Position numbers and translations under genes: made by a program
Notes under the pieces: model-generated
Databases searched by the model: none
What the model was told of the DNA's origin: nothing
Seen by the model: the letters and a program-made list of their open reading frames with translations, nothing else
Part shown: piece after piece, positions 19,129-29,500 of the stretch
Layout: each line of letters begins with the position of its first letter
How positions within the stretch are numbered: position 1 is the first letter of the stretch
NCBI GenBank assembly: GCA_050015075.1
Contig: JBEKCB010000019.1
Span: 1 to 64,000, forward strand
DNA: 64,000 bases
Origin: Candidatus Brocadiia bacterium
Lineage (GTDB): Bacteria > Planctomycetota > Brocadiia > CAIUPP01
Direction of reading: 5' to 3'

Positions 19129-19476
19129 ATGCCGTTGACGCCGCGCTGCCGGGTCTGGCTTGAGAAGGATGGCCGCCCCGTGTTCGGGGACGGCCGCGCG
19201 CGGCTGTTGGAGGCGATCCGGCGGGTCGGTTCCATTAATGGCGGCGCGGCGACCATGGGCATGTCGTACCGAAATGCCTGGGTGCATCTGAATCACATGG
19301 AGCAGCGGCTCGGCGTGAAACTCGTCGCGCGCCGCGTCGGCGGCTCACACGGCGGCGGCTGCCACCTCACGCCCGCCGGCGAACGGCTTCTGACCGCTTA
19401 CCGCGAGTATCGGAAGCTGCTGGATCGCGATATGCTCAAACTCTGGCGAAAGACGTTACCGCGAACACGCCGGTGA
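19129..19476 (+). CDS. ModE-family winged-HTH regulator without Mop domains
   Basis: FGDGRARLLEAI..VGSI..A...GMSYRNAW..L...E......LVARRVGGSHGGGCHLTPAG; own TGnTATAAT at 19098-19106. Confidence 0.88.
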   Translation: MPLTPRCRVWLEKDGRPVFGDGRARLLEAIRRVGSINGGAATMGMSYRNAWVHLNHMEQRLGVKLVARRVGGSHGGGCHLTPAGERLLTAYREYRKLLDRDMLKLWRKTLPRTRR

Positions 19477-19512
19477 ACGCCCGTTCATTTGGACGACCGG
19501 CGCCAAAATGGA

Positions 19513-20544
19513 TTACTTGCCGGGGGCCCTCTTCAGCGCCAGCAACTGGGCCTCGCGCACGAGGTCCACATAGCGGGTGAAGCTCACTTCAAGCCCATTT
19601 TGCGGGTCGGCCCAGAGCGCCGCCTGGATTTTGTCGAGCGCGCCCTGGCAGCGGCTGGTCAGCGCGGATTCGAACCGCGACTGCATAAGCCAATAGTCCG
19701 CCGCGGCGGCGAGTACGCCCACCGCGGTCCCGACAACGGCCGCACGCTTGGAGTTGGAATCGTGCGCCTCCATCGTCTCGGTGACCTTCCTGCGCATCGC
19801 CTCTTCGACAACCACGCTTTTCGCCAGGGAACTCACGCTGCTGGTCGGCACCTGCTCGGCCTGCGACCCGAGGAACCGCGCAAGCTGCCCGCTGAAATCG
19901 GCCAGCAGCAGGTCCATGTTCGCCGCGATGGGCGCGCTCGGCAGATCAATGGCCGGTGCGCCTGATGCGAGGACGAGGTTGCGGTTGGCCTCGACGTCGC
20001 GCTGAAATGCCGCGACCACCGCCGCGACGTCGCTGCGTAGTTTCTCGGGCGGGACCACGTTCTCCGCGAAGAGCTTGGCCGCCTCCGCCTGGGTTTCGTT
20101 GCTGGTCTGCGATTTATCCTCGATCAGGGTCCTGGCCAGCCGCGCCTTCTCGGGCAGCGTGTTCAGCGCCTCGATAAACTGCGGGACGCGCGCCGAGTAG
20201 CGCCTGAAGTCTTCGTCCAGCCGGAGCCTGGCCGTCGCGATTGCGGCGATGTTGCGATCGTGCTCCATCTCGATGAGCCGCCCGACGTGCTCAGCGGCGG
20301 AATCGTCCAACGGCGTCTTCGTCTCGACCGCCGCGCCCGGCCGCAGTGGCGCCGGAGCGCGCGTCGGCGGCTGAATCTGGCTTCGCGTCGGCGGTGAAGC
20401 CGGGCCGCGCAAGGCCAGTTCGCGCGTGTGCAGTCGCATCGCCCACGCGGCGAGAATAATCGCTGCGCCCACGATGAAGACGAGGAGTATGCCAAGAAAG
20501 AGTTCTCGCGCCGGGGTTCGACGATGTGGTTCCATCTCGCCCAT
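19513..20544 (-). CDS. Hypothetical membrane-anchored helical protein
   Basis: N-terminal TM, Pro linker, helical body, second hydrophobic segment; RBS GGAGGA before ATG 20544. Confidence 0.65.
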   Translation of the reverse strand: MGEMEPHRRTPARELFLGILLVFIVGAAIILAAWAMRLHTRELALRGPASPPTRSQIQPPTRAPAPLRPGAAVETKTPLDDSAAEHVGRLIEMEHDRNIAAIATARLRLDEDFRRYSARVPQFIEALNTLPEKARLARTLIEDKSQTSNETQAEAAKLFAENVVPPEKLRSDVAAVVAAFQRDVEANRNLVLASGAPAIDLPSAPIAANMDLLLADFSGQLARFLGSQAEQVPTSSVSSLAKSVVVEEAMRRKVTETMEAHDSNSKRAAVVGTAVGVLAAAADYWLMQSRFESALTSRCQGALDKIQAALWADPQNGLEVSFTRYVDLVREAQLLALKRAPGK

Positions 20545-20728
20545 TGCTTCTCCTCCGCTGCCGCCCACTGGATCGCGTGGCCGGCGCCGGCCACCCCAGC
20601 GCCTGACCCGCCATCATCTTACTCCGGCGGCGGACGATATGCCAACTCTTCCAGCGGAGGAAACGGCGGGGCTATTCGCCGGGCGTTGAGGCGGCCGATC
20701 TTCGCGATCATGGGCAGTATCGGCTGCG

Positions 20729-20825
20729 CTGCTTGTAGGGGCGCCGTCAGGCGCTACTTCCTATGCCCTTCCTGCTTCGCCCGCCAGGCAGCACGGAGGG
20801 CTCCGAAGGATGGGACGCGCACACT
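20729..20825. repeat. Intergenic palindromic repeat (REP/MITE-like), copy 1
   Basis: Aligns with 31849-31946: CTGCTTGTAGkGGCGCCGTCAGGCGCTACTTCsTATGCCCTTCCT.CTTCGCCC...GGAGGGCT.CGAAGGA.GGGACG.GCACACT. Confidence 0.85.
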
Positions 20826-20833
20826 ACTAGCCT

Positions 20834-21205
20834 TCAGCGCCAATGTCCGGGAGCCAAAACCCAGCCATGCGGGCCGCGAACCCAGGCATGCGGGACCCAC
20901 ACGGCGCCCCGGTGCGGCCTGTGCGCCCAGTAGCCGCGGTGCCAGACCCATCGGCCTTCCCACGCCCACCATCCGGCAATCCAGAAGGGATCCACGATCT
21001 CAACCGGAGCAGGAGGCATTTCTTCCACCACGGGCGCCGGCGGCGCTTCCCCGGCGACAACTTCAGGCGGCGGCGCGGCAACAGGCCCCGGCGGCGGCGG
21101 TGGCGGCGGAGCGGCGTAGTACACCGGCCGCTCACGCACGACGCAACCGGCCGCGAACAGGCAACCGGCCGCGGTTGCTGCAATCATCAATTTTGCTATG
21201 CTCAT
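20834..21205 (-). CDS. Pro-rich lipoprotein with WXXGXW repeats
   Basis: Lipobox FAAGC, poly-Pro, WIAGWW, WHRGYW, WVPHAW, LAPGHW. Confidence 0.82.
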   Translation of the reverse strand: MSIAKLMIAATAAGCLFAAGCVVRERPVYYAAPPPPPPPGPVAAPPPEVVAGEAPPAPVVEEMPPAPVEIVDPFWIAGWWAWEGRWVWHRGYWAHRPHRGAVWVPHAWVRGPHGWVLAPGHWR

Positions 21206-21313
21206 GCTTCTCCCTTTCAGCACATGGATGGAATCCATTCTCTCCTCCTTTTAACATTAGCAAGTTTGGGCGCGTCATTTTATTTGTATAGTGGCCCGGG
21301 TGCAAGTGAAGGT

Positions 21314-21376
21314 TACACCCGGTTGTATACCCTCGTCGCTACTTCCCTTGACAATGCCATTGCGAGCGTGTAGATT
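21314..21376 (+). promoter_or_regulatory. Sigma70 promoter of the sugar cluster with an upstream CG-centred palindrome
   Basis: TTGACA 21348-21353, 17 bp, TAGATT 21371-21376; near-palindrome TACACCCGGTTGTA 21314-21327 (LacI-family-like, weak). Confidence 0.55.
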
Positions 21377-21468
21377 CCGCCGGATTCGGACTCACCGAAG
21401 GAAATAAGCATGTGTCCCACGATTCCGAAGAACCGTAAAAGCAATCCCGGCTGAAAAGCCCGAGAAGA

Positions 21469-22968
21469 ATGGAGGCAGCAATCTTGGACAGTCCAGAGAC
21501 TCTGTCCATCCCGGACGACAACGCACGTTTCCGGGTCGGCACGCTGCAGTATACGAAGATGGGGCTGGTGTGGGTGTTCTTGATGCTGCTGTGGGGCGAT
21601 TTCTGTTTCACGCTGATGGAGTCGGTGGCCCCGAGCATCGTGCCATTGCGGCTTAAGGACCTGGGCGGCTCCGACAGGCTCATCATCTGGATCATGGCGA
21701 CGATCCCCAACGTCATCAACGTGGCGTTCAACCCGATCATTTCCACCGCCAGCGACCGGCATCGAGGGCGTTTCGGGCGGCGGATTCCGTTCCTGCTGTT
21801 CTCCACGCCGTTCATTTGCGGCGCACTGGTTCTGATGGCGTTCTCGGATGATATCGGGTTTTCGATGAACCTCCACTTCGGCGCGCATCTGGGCTGGAGC
21901 GAGATCGGGATGATGCTGATGGTGACGGCGGTTTTGTGGATTCTTTTCACCGTCCTCAACATGTTCGCCGGCACCACGTACTACTACATCTTCAACGACG
22001 TGGTGCCGCACTTGTACCTGGGGCGATTCGCCGCCTGGTTTCGGCTCGTGGGCTATGCGGGGAGCGGAGTGTTTAACCTGTGGATCTTCCCGCACGCGCG
22101 AACTCACATGAAGTTGATCTTCATGTGCGCGGCGGCGGTCTACTTTGTGGGCTTCATGATCATGTGCCTGGGGATCAAGGAGGGTAAGTATCCGCCCCCG
22201 GAGCCGATGGGGCTTGGGTTCTGGGCAAAATTCCGGACCTATGCGAAAGAGTGCCTCTGTCATCGGTTGTACATCTATTGGTTCGGCCTGCACCTTTTCT
22301 GGAGGCTCTCCTGGGCGTGCCAAACATTCGTTCTCTTGATGCAGAATTTCTCACTGGGGCTGAGTCTGACCCAGATCGGGCAGGTCTCCTTCGGGGTGAT
22401 GGTGGTCTCTGCGATCCTGGCGTATCCGGCCGGGATCCTCTCGGACCGGTATCACCCGATGCGCGTCATGCTCTGGGTCCAATGCGGGCTGGCGTTCATC
22501 GTGCCGCTCGATTTCATCTGGGTGATCTGGCATCATCTCCCGCCTTCGACGAACTTCTACATCCTGATCGTGCTGAACGCAATACAGTTGCCCCTGGGCG
22601 CGATCTTCGACATTGCGGGCATGCCGTGCGCCATGCGGATTATACCCAGGAGCCGATACGGGCAGTTCGCTTCGTTCGACGCCACGGTCATGTCGCTCTT
22701 CAGCATCGGCGGCACCTTCATTGCAGGGTATTTCATGATGTACATGCGGGACATCTTTCCCGACGCCGTGTACGGCAAGGACTTCTGCTACCGCATGATG
22801 CCGTGCTGGAGACTGCCCTTCCTTGCCGTGGCGCTGACCTTCCTCTTCATGCTGTACCGCGAGTGGAAGAAGTTGGGCGGCATGGACAACTATGTGGCGC
22901 CGGGCTTCCCCAACGAGAGGGCCATGGACGCCCCGGTTGTGCCCGCGGACGACGCGCCTGCGCAGTAG
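21469..22968 (+). CDS. MFS transporter (sugar/glycoside type)
   Basis: About 12 TMs; SDRHRGRFGRRIPF, AGILSDRYHP. Confidence 0.88.
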   Translation: MEAAILDSPETLSIPDDNARFRVGTLQYTKMGLVWVFLMLLWGDFCFTLMESVAPSIVPLRLKDLGGSDRLIIWIMATIPNVINVAFNPIISTASDRHRGRFGRRIPFLLFSTPFICGALVLMAFSDDIGFSMNLHFGAHLGWSEIGMMLMVTAVLWILFTVLNMFAGTTYYYIFNDVVPHLYLGRFAAWFRLVGYAGSGVFNLWIFPHARTHMKLIFMCAAAVYFVGFMIMCLGIKEGKYPPPEPMGLGFWAKFRTYAKECLCHRLYIYWFGLHLFWRLSWACQTFVLLMQNFSLGLSLTQIGQVSFGVMVVSAILAYPAGILSDRYHPMRVMLWVQCGLAFIVPLDFIWVIWHHLPPSTNFYILIVLNAIQLPLGAIFDIAGMPCAMRIIPRSRYGQFASFDATVMSLFSIGGTFIAGYFMMYMRDIFPDAVYGKDFCYRMMPCWRLPFLAVALTFLFMLYREWKKLGGMDNYVAPGFPNERAMDAPVVPADDAPAQ

Positions 22969-23047
22969 GCGGCTTGCCGGATCATGTCGGGCGGCCTCCG
23001 TCGTGGGCAGCCAGTCAAATGGGAAATTCCAGTTCAGGAATTCGACG

Positions 23048-24397
23048 ATGAGAAACCTCTTGATCGCTTCGTGTGTGGCAGTTCTTCTGGCGGCCTCGCC
23101 CGGCTTCGCCCAGGCGCCGAAGCCCCCGGCTCCCGGCTTCTACGCCCTTTATTGCTGGTCGGAGGGGTACCTGGAGTACGCGCAGGACGTCCAGAAGGTC
23201 GGCATCCGCTGGCTGCGGATCGGCAACTGGACCGGGAGCGCGCAGGACGAAAAGGCTCTGCTCCTGGCGACCGCCAACGGCGTGCACTTCGTCCCGGTCC
23301 TGGGCGTGGAGACCGGCAAGACGATCCAGGCCGACGCCGCCGTCGAGAACTTCCGCCAGGCCGTCCGCACCGCCGTCCAGCGATACGGCCCCGGCGGGAC
23401 GTTCTGGAAGGAGCACCCGGAGGCCGACGCCAGCGGCGCGATCCGCTACTGGGAAATCTGGAACGAGCCGAACATCGAGTTCCTCAACCCGCCGGACGAC
23501 CCGAACGGAATGTTGCGGACGCAGCTCTACGCGCCGCTCCTGAAGGCGGCAACCGAGGAGATCCACAAGCTGGACCCCGGCGCCGTGGTCATCGGCTTCA
23601 ACGTGGCCGGCGGTACGCCCGACGCGCCAGGGCCGCCGGCCGACGGGATGTTCACGAGGCTCAAGTACATCGGCTGGCGCAAGTTCATCAAGGACGTGAC
23701 GGCGCTCGCCGGGCCGGAATCCTTCGACGCGGTCGGCTTGCACCCCTACACGATCCCGCGCGGCCCGGAGGCGGGCGGCGTGGTCGCCGGGCTCGACATG
23801 CTCAAGGAGGCGGCCAGGGAGGGCAAGTTCGAGAACAAGCCCGTCTGGTTCACCGAGGTCGGCTTCCCGCTCGATTACCCGCGGAACCAGCAGGTGCGCG
23901 ACGAGCGCCAGCAGGCGTGCTTCACCACGCGCCTCTTCGCCCTCGCGGCTGCGCACGGCGTCACGCAGGTGCAGATCATGTACATCGAGGACATCATCTA
24001 CGGCCCGGACAACACGCGGCGGACCTTCGGGTTCTTCACCGCCCCGAGCCAATGGCGCCAGCAGGCCACCGCGACGAAGGTCATGGAGCGCCTGATCCCG
24101 GATCCGAGGAAAGGCAGCCGGAGTCTTGGCGACGAGAAGACAGGCATATTCAGTTACGCGTTCGACGGCGCCGCCAACCACATCGTCATCATGGCATGGA
24201 CGGACGGCGATAAACCGGTCCCCTGCGAACTGAAAGCGCCGCCCGGTCCCGGCGAGACCGTCACCCTCGTGGACATGCTGGGCAAGTGTTCTACTGCGAA
24301 GATCGAGGACGGCAAGGTGAAACTGGACCTCAGCGAGGCCCCGGTTTATCTCGTCCGGGCCGCGCAGGAAGACGTGGAGAAGTTGCTGAAGGACTGA
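23048..24397 (+). CDS. Secreted clan GH-A glycoside hydrolase (GH39/GH5-like)
   Basis: Signal peptide; WEIWNEPN (acid/base), DAVGLHPY, PVWFTEVG (nucleophile); C-terminal beta domain. Confidence 0.82.
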   Translation: MRNLLIASCVAVLLAASPGFAQAPKPPAPGFYALYCWSEGYLEYAQDVQKVGIRWLRIGNWTGSAQDEKALLLATANGVHFVPVLGVETGKTIQADAAVENFRQAVRTAVQRYGPGGTFWKEHPEADASGAIRYWEIWNEPNIEFLNPPDDPNGMLRTQLYAPLLKAATEEIHKLDPGAVVIGFNVAGGTPDAPGPPADGMFTRLKYIGWRKFIKDVTALAGPESFDAVGLHPYTIPRGPEAGGVVAGLDMLKEAAREGKFENKPVWFTEVGFPLDYPRNQQVRDERQQACFTTRLFALAAAHGVTQVQIMYIEDIIYGPDNTRRTFGFFTAPSQWRQQATATKVMERLIPDPRKGSRSLGDEKTGIFSYAFDGAANHIVIMAWTDGDKPVPCELKAPPGPGETVTLVDMLGKCSTAKIEDGKVKLDLSEAPVYLVRAAQEDVEKLLKD

Positions 24398-24416
24398 TTC
24401 AACCGGAGGCTTTGTC

Positions 24417-25112
24417 ATGCTGCTGCTGAACATCCTGCTGGCCGCCACCTTGTCTGCAGGAAGCGCCCCACAAGGCGGTTCCTCACCGAGCGCGCCCAGG
24501 ATGTACAGCACCCGCTTTCCGCTCGCAGAGAATCCGCTTTCCGAGCAAGGCAACTGGATTAACGGGCACGTGGTCGGCCTCGATTGGGCCGACGTGCGAA
24601 CCACGCCGGGCCTCGTCTTCGGAACGGAGTCCGGGTCAGGCGGCTATGACGATTCGACCGCGGTGCTCGCCGGCCAGTGGAACCCCGACCAGATGGCGCA
24701 GGCGACCGTTCATACCGTCAATCAGAACAAGGGGTTCTTCGAGGAAGTGGAACTGCGCCTTCGCACCACGATCACCGCTCACAGCATTACCGGGTACGAA
24801 ATCAACTTCAGATGCACGCGCGACGGCTCGCAGTATGTGCAGATCGTCCGCTGGAACGGCCCCTTCGGCAAATTCACCTACGTCAACACCGCCGTCGGCC
24901 CCGGCCTGCGCGACGGCGATGTTGTCAAGGCGACCATCGTCGGAAACACCATCACCGCTTACATCAACGGGAAAGCAGTCGTCCAGGGCACAGACAGCAC
25001 CTGTAAGACCGGCAGTCCCGGCATCGGCTTCTTTCTCCAAGGCGCCGCCGGCGTGAACGGCGATTTTGGGTTTACGAATTTCTCGGCCATGGACGGCGTT
25101 ACTGCCAGTTAG
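24417..25112 (+). CDS. Secreted beta-sandwich (ConA/lectin-like) protein
   Basis: Signal peptide; beta-rich, GNTITAYINGK...TD....GSPGIG. Confidence 0.6.
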   Translation: MLLLNILLAATLSAGSAPQGGSSPSAPRMYSTRFPLAENPLSEQGNWINGHVVGLDWADVRTTPGLVFGTESGSGGYDDSTAVLAGQWNPDQMAQATVHTVNQNKGFFEEVELRLRTTITAHSITGYEINFRCTRDGSQYVQIVRWNGPFGKFTYVNTAVGPGLRDGDVVKATIVGNTITAYINGKAVVQGTDSTCKTGSPGIGFFLQGAAGVNGDFGFTNFSAMDGVTAS

Positions 25113-25146
25113 CATGCAACTGTCATCTACAAGTGAGCTTTCCAGC

Positions 25147-26103
25147 ATGAACAAAGTCGTGACGCTGGCCGTGGGCATCAAGACGGACCCCATCGAGTAC
25201 CGGTTCTCGTTCCCGTGGCTCTTCCGCCTTCTGGGCGAGGAGAAGGTCCGTTATGTGCAGGTGGGCTCGTTTTTTGAGATGTACCAACTGCCCGACGCCT
25301 ACTTTCAGGACCTCCGCCGCCAGGCGGAAGGTTTCGGCCTGAGCCTCCGGAGCGTATTCACCTCGCACCGCGAACTCGGCGGGTTCCTCCGGCCGGAGAA
25401 GTCGTTCCACGACGTCGCCATGACGAACTATCGCCGGCTTATCGAGATCGGCGCTTTGCTGGGCGCCGTGTCGGTGGGCTCCAATCCCGGATCGGTCCTG
25501 CGTGATCTCATGGGAACGAAGTCCGACGGCATCAAACGGTACCTGGACGCCATGCCGTCGCTCATGGAGTACGCGCGCCGGGTCGGGCCGCAGTGGCTGA
25601 CGATCGAGCCGATGTCCTGCTTGGCGGAGCCGCCCACGCTGCCGGAGGAAATCAGGATGATGGCCGACGCGTTGCAGGCGCATCATGGCGCGCACCCCGA
25701 CACGACCGTTCCCGTCGGCTTTTGTTTCGATGTCAGCCACGGCTACGCCGACTCCACCGGCGCGGTCCGCTGCACGCCGCTTGAGCTGCTGGAGACCGCC
25801 CTGCCGCACGTCGTGGAACTGCACCTCAAGAACACCGACGCGCGTTTCGATCGGACTTTCGGCTTCATGCCGGAGGAATGCGAGCGCGGTATCGTGGACG
25901 TAAGCGAGGTGCGCCGCTTTCTGCTCGCCCGCCAGTCGCGCCTGCCGGTGGACCTGATGGTGGGCTACGTCGAGGTCCCCGGTCCCAAGATCGGGCGCGA
26001 CTACACCGACAACGCCCTGGAGACGGCCCTGCGTCTGTCTCTGCGCCACGTGAAGGCGAACTTCGAAGAAGAGCGCGCCGCGCCGCCCGACCCGACACGC
26101 TAG
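25147..26103 (+). CDS. Sugar-phosphate isomerase/epimerase family TIM barrel (xylose isomerase-like)
   Basis: LTIEPM, FCFDVSH, ELHLKN, YVE metal-ligand pattern. Confidence 0.75.
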   Translation: MNKVVTLAVGIKTDPIEYRFSFPWLFRLLGEEKVRYVQVGSFFEMYQLPDAYFQDLRRQAEGFGLSLRSVFTSHRELGGFLRPEKSFHDVAMTNYRRLIEIGALLGAVSVGSNPGSVLRDLMGTKSDGIKRYLDAMPSLMEYARRVGPQWLTIEPMSCLAEPPTLPEEIRMMADALQAHHGAHPDTTVPVGFCFDVSHGYADSTGAVRCTPLELLETALPHVVELHLKNTDARFDRTFGFMPEECERGIVDVSEVRRFLLARQSRLPVDLMVGYVEVPGPKIGRDYTDNALETALRLSLRHVKANFEEERAAPPDPTR

Positions 26104-26230
26104 TTCATCGCCCGCCCCTTTCAGCGTGATCCTCTTGCGCCGCAAGCGCCTCCAGCGCGCTGCGGATGCGCAATAATACACCGCAGGTCGCGTCCAGGAC
26201 GAAGGCAGACCACAATTGAGTGGGGATCGC

Positions 26231-26259
26231 TTGACTTTTCATTTTCCTGGTGTTACAAT
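26231..26259 (+). promoter_or_regulatory. Strong sigma70 promoter upstream of smc
   Basis: TTGACT 26231-26236, 17 bp, TACAAT 26254-26259 with an extended -10 TG. Confidence 0.75.
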
Positions 26260-26549
26260 TCGCCTCGCTTGGTTGGAGACTCCCGCTAGCACCGCGCCGA
26301 TCTCCACACCCAACCATGGCGCGGCGGAGTTTGCAGCCGAGTAACGTACCTGAGGATGCGCCGGTACGATTCCTCCCACGATCTCCCGGCCGGATGAGGG
26401 ACTGTTTCCACTTCCGGGAAATTCCCTGTCCGAGCCCTATTGCGGCGCACGCGCAACGAACAACGAGGTCAACGTCAGGACCGCAAACGGTCCGCTCCGT
26501 CCAGCCGTCTGAGACTGCGAGCGGACAGGACATGGGAGAACGAAACAGC

Positions 26550-29500
26550 ATGCTGCTGACAAAGCTTGAGATGTGCGGTTTCAAGTCGTTCGCGGACAAG
26601 ACCGAATTCGATTTCCGGTCCGGCGTCACCGCTTTTGTCGGGCCGAACGGGTGCGGCAAGAGCAACGTCGTGGACGCGGTGCGCTGGATCCTGGGCGAGC
26701 AAAGCGCCCGCGCCGTCCGCGCGCCGCAGATGACCGAAGTGATCTTCGGAGGCTCCGCGACGCGCCGCTCGCTCGGCTACGCCGAGGCCAGCCTGAGCTT
26801 CCTCAACGACCGCGGCGTGCTGCCGAGCGAGTACACCGAGGTCTGCGTCACGCGCCGCCTCTACCGCAGCGGCGAGTCCGAGTACTTCCTCAACCGCCAG
26901 CCCTGCCGCCTTCGCGACATCCGCCAGCTCTTCATGGACACCGGCGTCGGCGTGGACACGTACAGCATCATCGAGCAGGGCAAGGTGGAGCGGTTCATCC
27001 AGTCGAACGCCAAGGAACGCCGCGTGATCTTCGAGGAAGCCGCCGGCATCAGTCGCTACAAGTCGCAGCGGCGCGAGGCGCAGAGTCGGCTCGAGCGCAC
27101 GCGGATCAATCTCCAGAAGGTGGACGTGAAGCTCGATGAGCAGCGCAAGCAGTTGCGCTCGATCAAGTATCAGGCCGCCAAGGCGAAGCGCCACCGCGAA
27201 TGCTCCGCTCGGCTGCGCGAGATCGTGATCTCGATCTCGGTGAAGAATTACCTGGAGTGGGAGGCGAAGCGCAAAGGCGCCGAGGGCGAGATCGGCGCGG
27301 TCGAGGCGCGCGAGTCCGCGCTGACCGCCGACCTGGCACAGATGGAATCGCTGATCCAGGCCGTCGAAGCGGAGATCTCGACCCTCGAAGCCGCGCATCT
27401 CCAGAAGCGCGATGCACTCCACGAAGTCCGGTCGAAGACCGAGGCCGCCGAGCAGACCATCGCGCACAATACCGAGCGTATCCGCGAGTTCCAGGACGAG
27501 ACCGACCGCAGCACGCGCGAGCTCTGGTCGCTGACGGAAAAGCTGCGCCAGACGCGCGACCAGGCCGACTCCGCCGCGCGCGACCTGGAGTCCATCCGGC
27601 AGTCCATCCAGCGCCAGGCGGAGATCATCGCCGCCGAATTGCAGAAGGCCGACTCCGCCGGGCAGGAGCGCGAACGCATCGCGGCGGCGATCGAGGAGTG
27701 GAAGGGCCGGATGCTCCAGATCATCGAGAAAGCCACGACGCTCCGCAACGAACTCAACCACATGGATTCCAGCCGGCGGCAGGAACTGGCGCGCCGGTCG
27801 CGGCTGCAGGGCCAGCAGGCCGAGAAGACCGGCGAGGCCGCGCGAAGCGAAGAGGAGGTCCGGCAACTGGCCGGCCGGCGCGACGAGATCAGCGGACGCC
27901 TGGCCGACCGCAGCGCCCTGCTGCATGAGCGTGAGGCCGACGCGGAGCGGTTCGAAAAGGAGGCGGAGTCGGTCGAGTGGCGCCTGCGCGAAGAGCGCCA
28001 TCGCGAGACGCAGATGCTCGCCCGGCGGGAGTTCCTTCAGGACCTGGAGTTGCGCGCGGAGGACGTCGAGGCGGGCGTCAAGCAGTTGCTGCGCGACGAT
28101 GACGACCGCGTCGGATTCTGCGTCCGGGGCATGGTGGCCGACCTCGTCCGCGCGGAGCTGCGTTACGCGTCGGCCATCGAGTCGGCCCTCGGCGAAGCGG
28201 CGCAGTACGTGGTGACCGTGGACGAGCGCGAGGCCGCCGCCGCGGTGGCGCTGCTGCGCACGGACCGCTCCGGCCGCGCGGGATTGATCCCGATCGCCAG
28301 GGCGCGCGCCGCGGAACGCTCCGACGCGCACCTCACGGCCGAGCCGGGCGTGCTCGGCCGCGCCTCGGATCTCGTCCGATACAGCCCGGAGATGGAGCCG
28401 GTGGTTCGCCATCTCCTCGGCGCGACGTGGGTCGTGGACACCCTGGCGACGGCGCTGCGCCTCTCGAACGACGGCGGCGCCGAAGTGCGGTTCGTCACGC
28501 TTGAGGGCGAGCGCGTGGAGCCCTCCGGCGCAATCTTCGGCGGCGAGCCGCTCCCGCGCGCGGGCATCGTTTCGCGCAAGAGCGAACTCGAGGCCATCCA
28601 GGCTGACCTCGCGCGCGCGGCCGAAGGCATCGCCGCGCTCGAAGCCGACAGCGGCCGGATCGCCCAGAGGATCGAGTCAGTCCGCTCCGAAGCGGCCGCG
28701 CTGAGAAAGGAAATCGAGGAGGGCAATCTCGAAAAGCTCTCGAACGAGAACGAAATTCTGAACCTGCGCCGCCGCCAGAAGGCGCTGATGGACGAATCGG
28801 CGGTCATCGCGCGCGAAATCGGCGAGATTGACGAGTTGATCCGCGGCTACACCGAACGCGAGAAGGCGATCGAGCAGGAACTCGCCGCCGCCGTCAGCCA
28901 GCGCGACCAGCTTCAGCAGGAGATGGAATCCGCCCGCCGGACGCTCGCCGACCAGCAGGCGGCCGTGGACCGGATGCGCAACGAGGTCGAGCGGCTGAAG
29001 GTGGAACTCGCTCAGAAGGAGGCGCGCCGCGGCGGCCTGGAGGAAAACATCGCGGCGGCGGGTAACCTGATCGCGGACCTCGACCGGCAGATCCTCGCAA
29101 CGCAGCAGCGGATCGAGGACCTCCGGGCGAAGCAGGCGCAGGCCGAGCGCGAGATCGCCGACGCGCAGGCGAACCTTGCGGAACTCACACAGCGCAAACA
29201 GGGGCTGGACGCCGAGATCGCCGCACTCCAGGAAGCGCAGGCCGTGGCGCAGGCGCGGCGGACCGAACAGACCGAGCGGCTCAAAGCGCTGCGCGCGGAC
29301 CGCGAAAGGCTCCAGCAGCAACTTCAGCAGGCCCGGCTGGAAGAGCAGGAACTCCGCGTGCGGATCGAGGGGCTGTCCGAGCGCGTCTTCAATGAACACG
29401 GCGTCCGCCTGGTCGAAGCCGCAGCGCAATCCACGCCGCCGCCGGATTGCAACTGGGAGGCGCTCCAGGCGGAGATCGGCGAGCTGCGCGAGAAAATCCG

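Noticed and set aside
23015-24604. 529-aa antisense ORF
   Set aside because: Mirror of the glycoside hydrolase gene; no motifs.
26467-26500. SRP RNA or c-di-GMP riboswitch resemblance (GTCAGGACCGCAAACGGTCC)
   Set aside because: Lacks the SRP AGCAG motif and the paired GEMM stems.
26250-26549. 100-aa N-terminal extension of SMC
   Set aside because: It starts inside the promoter; the canonical SMC N-terminus and RBS are at 26550.
26475-28412. 645-aa antisense ORF in smc
   Set aside because: Shadow ORF.
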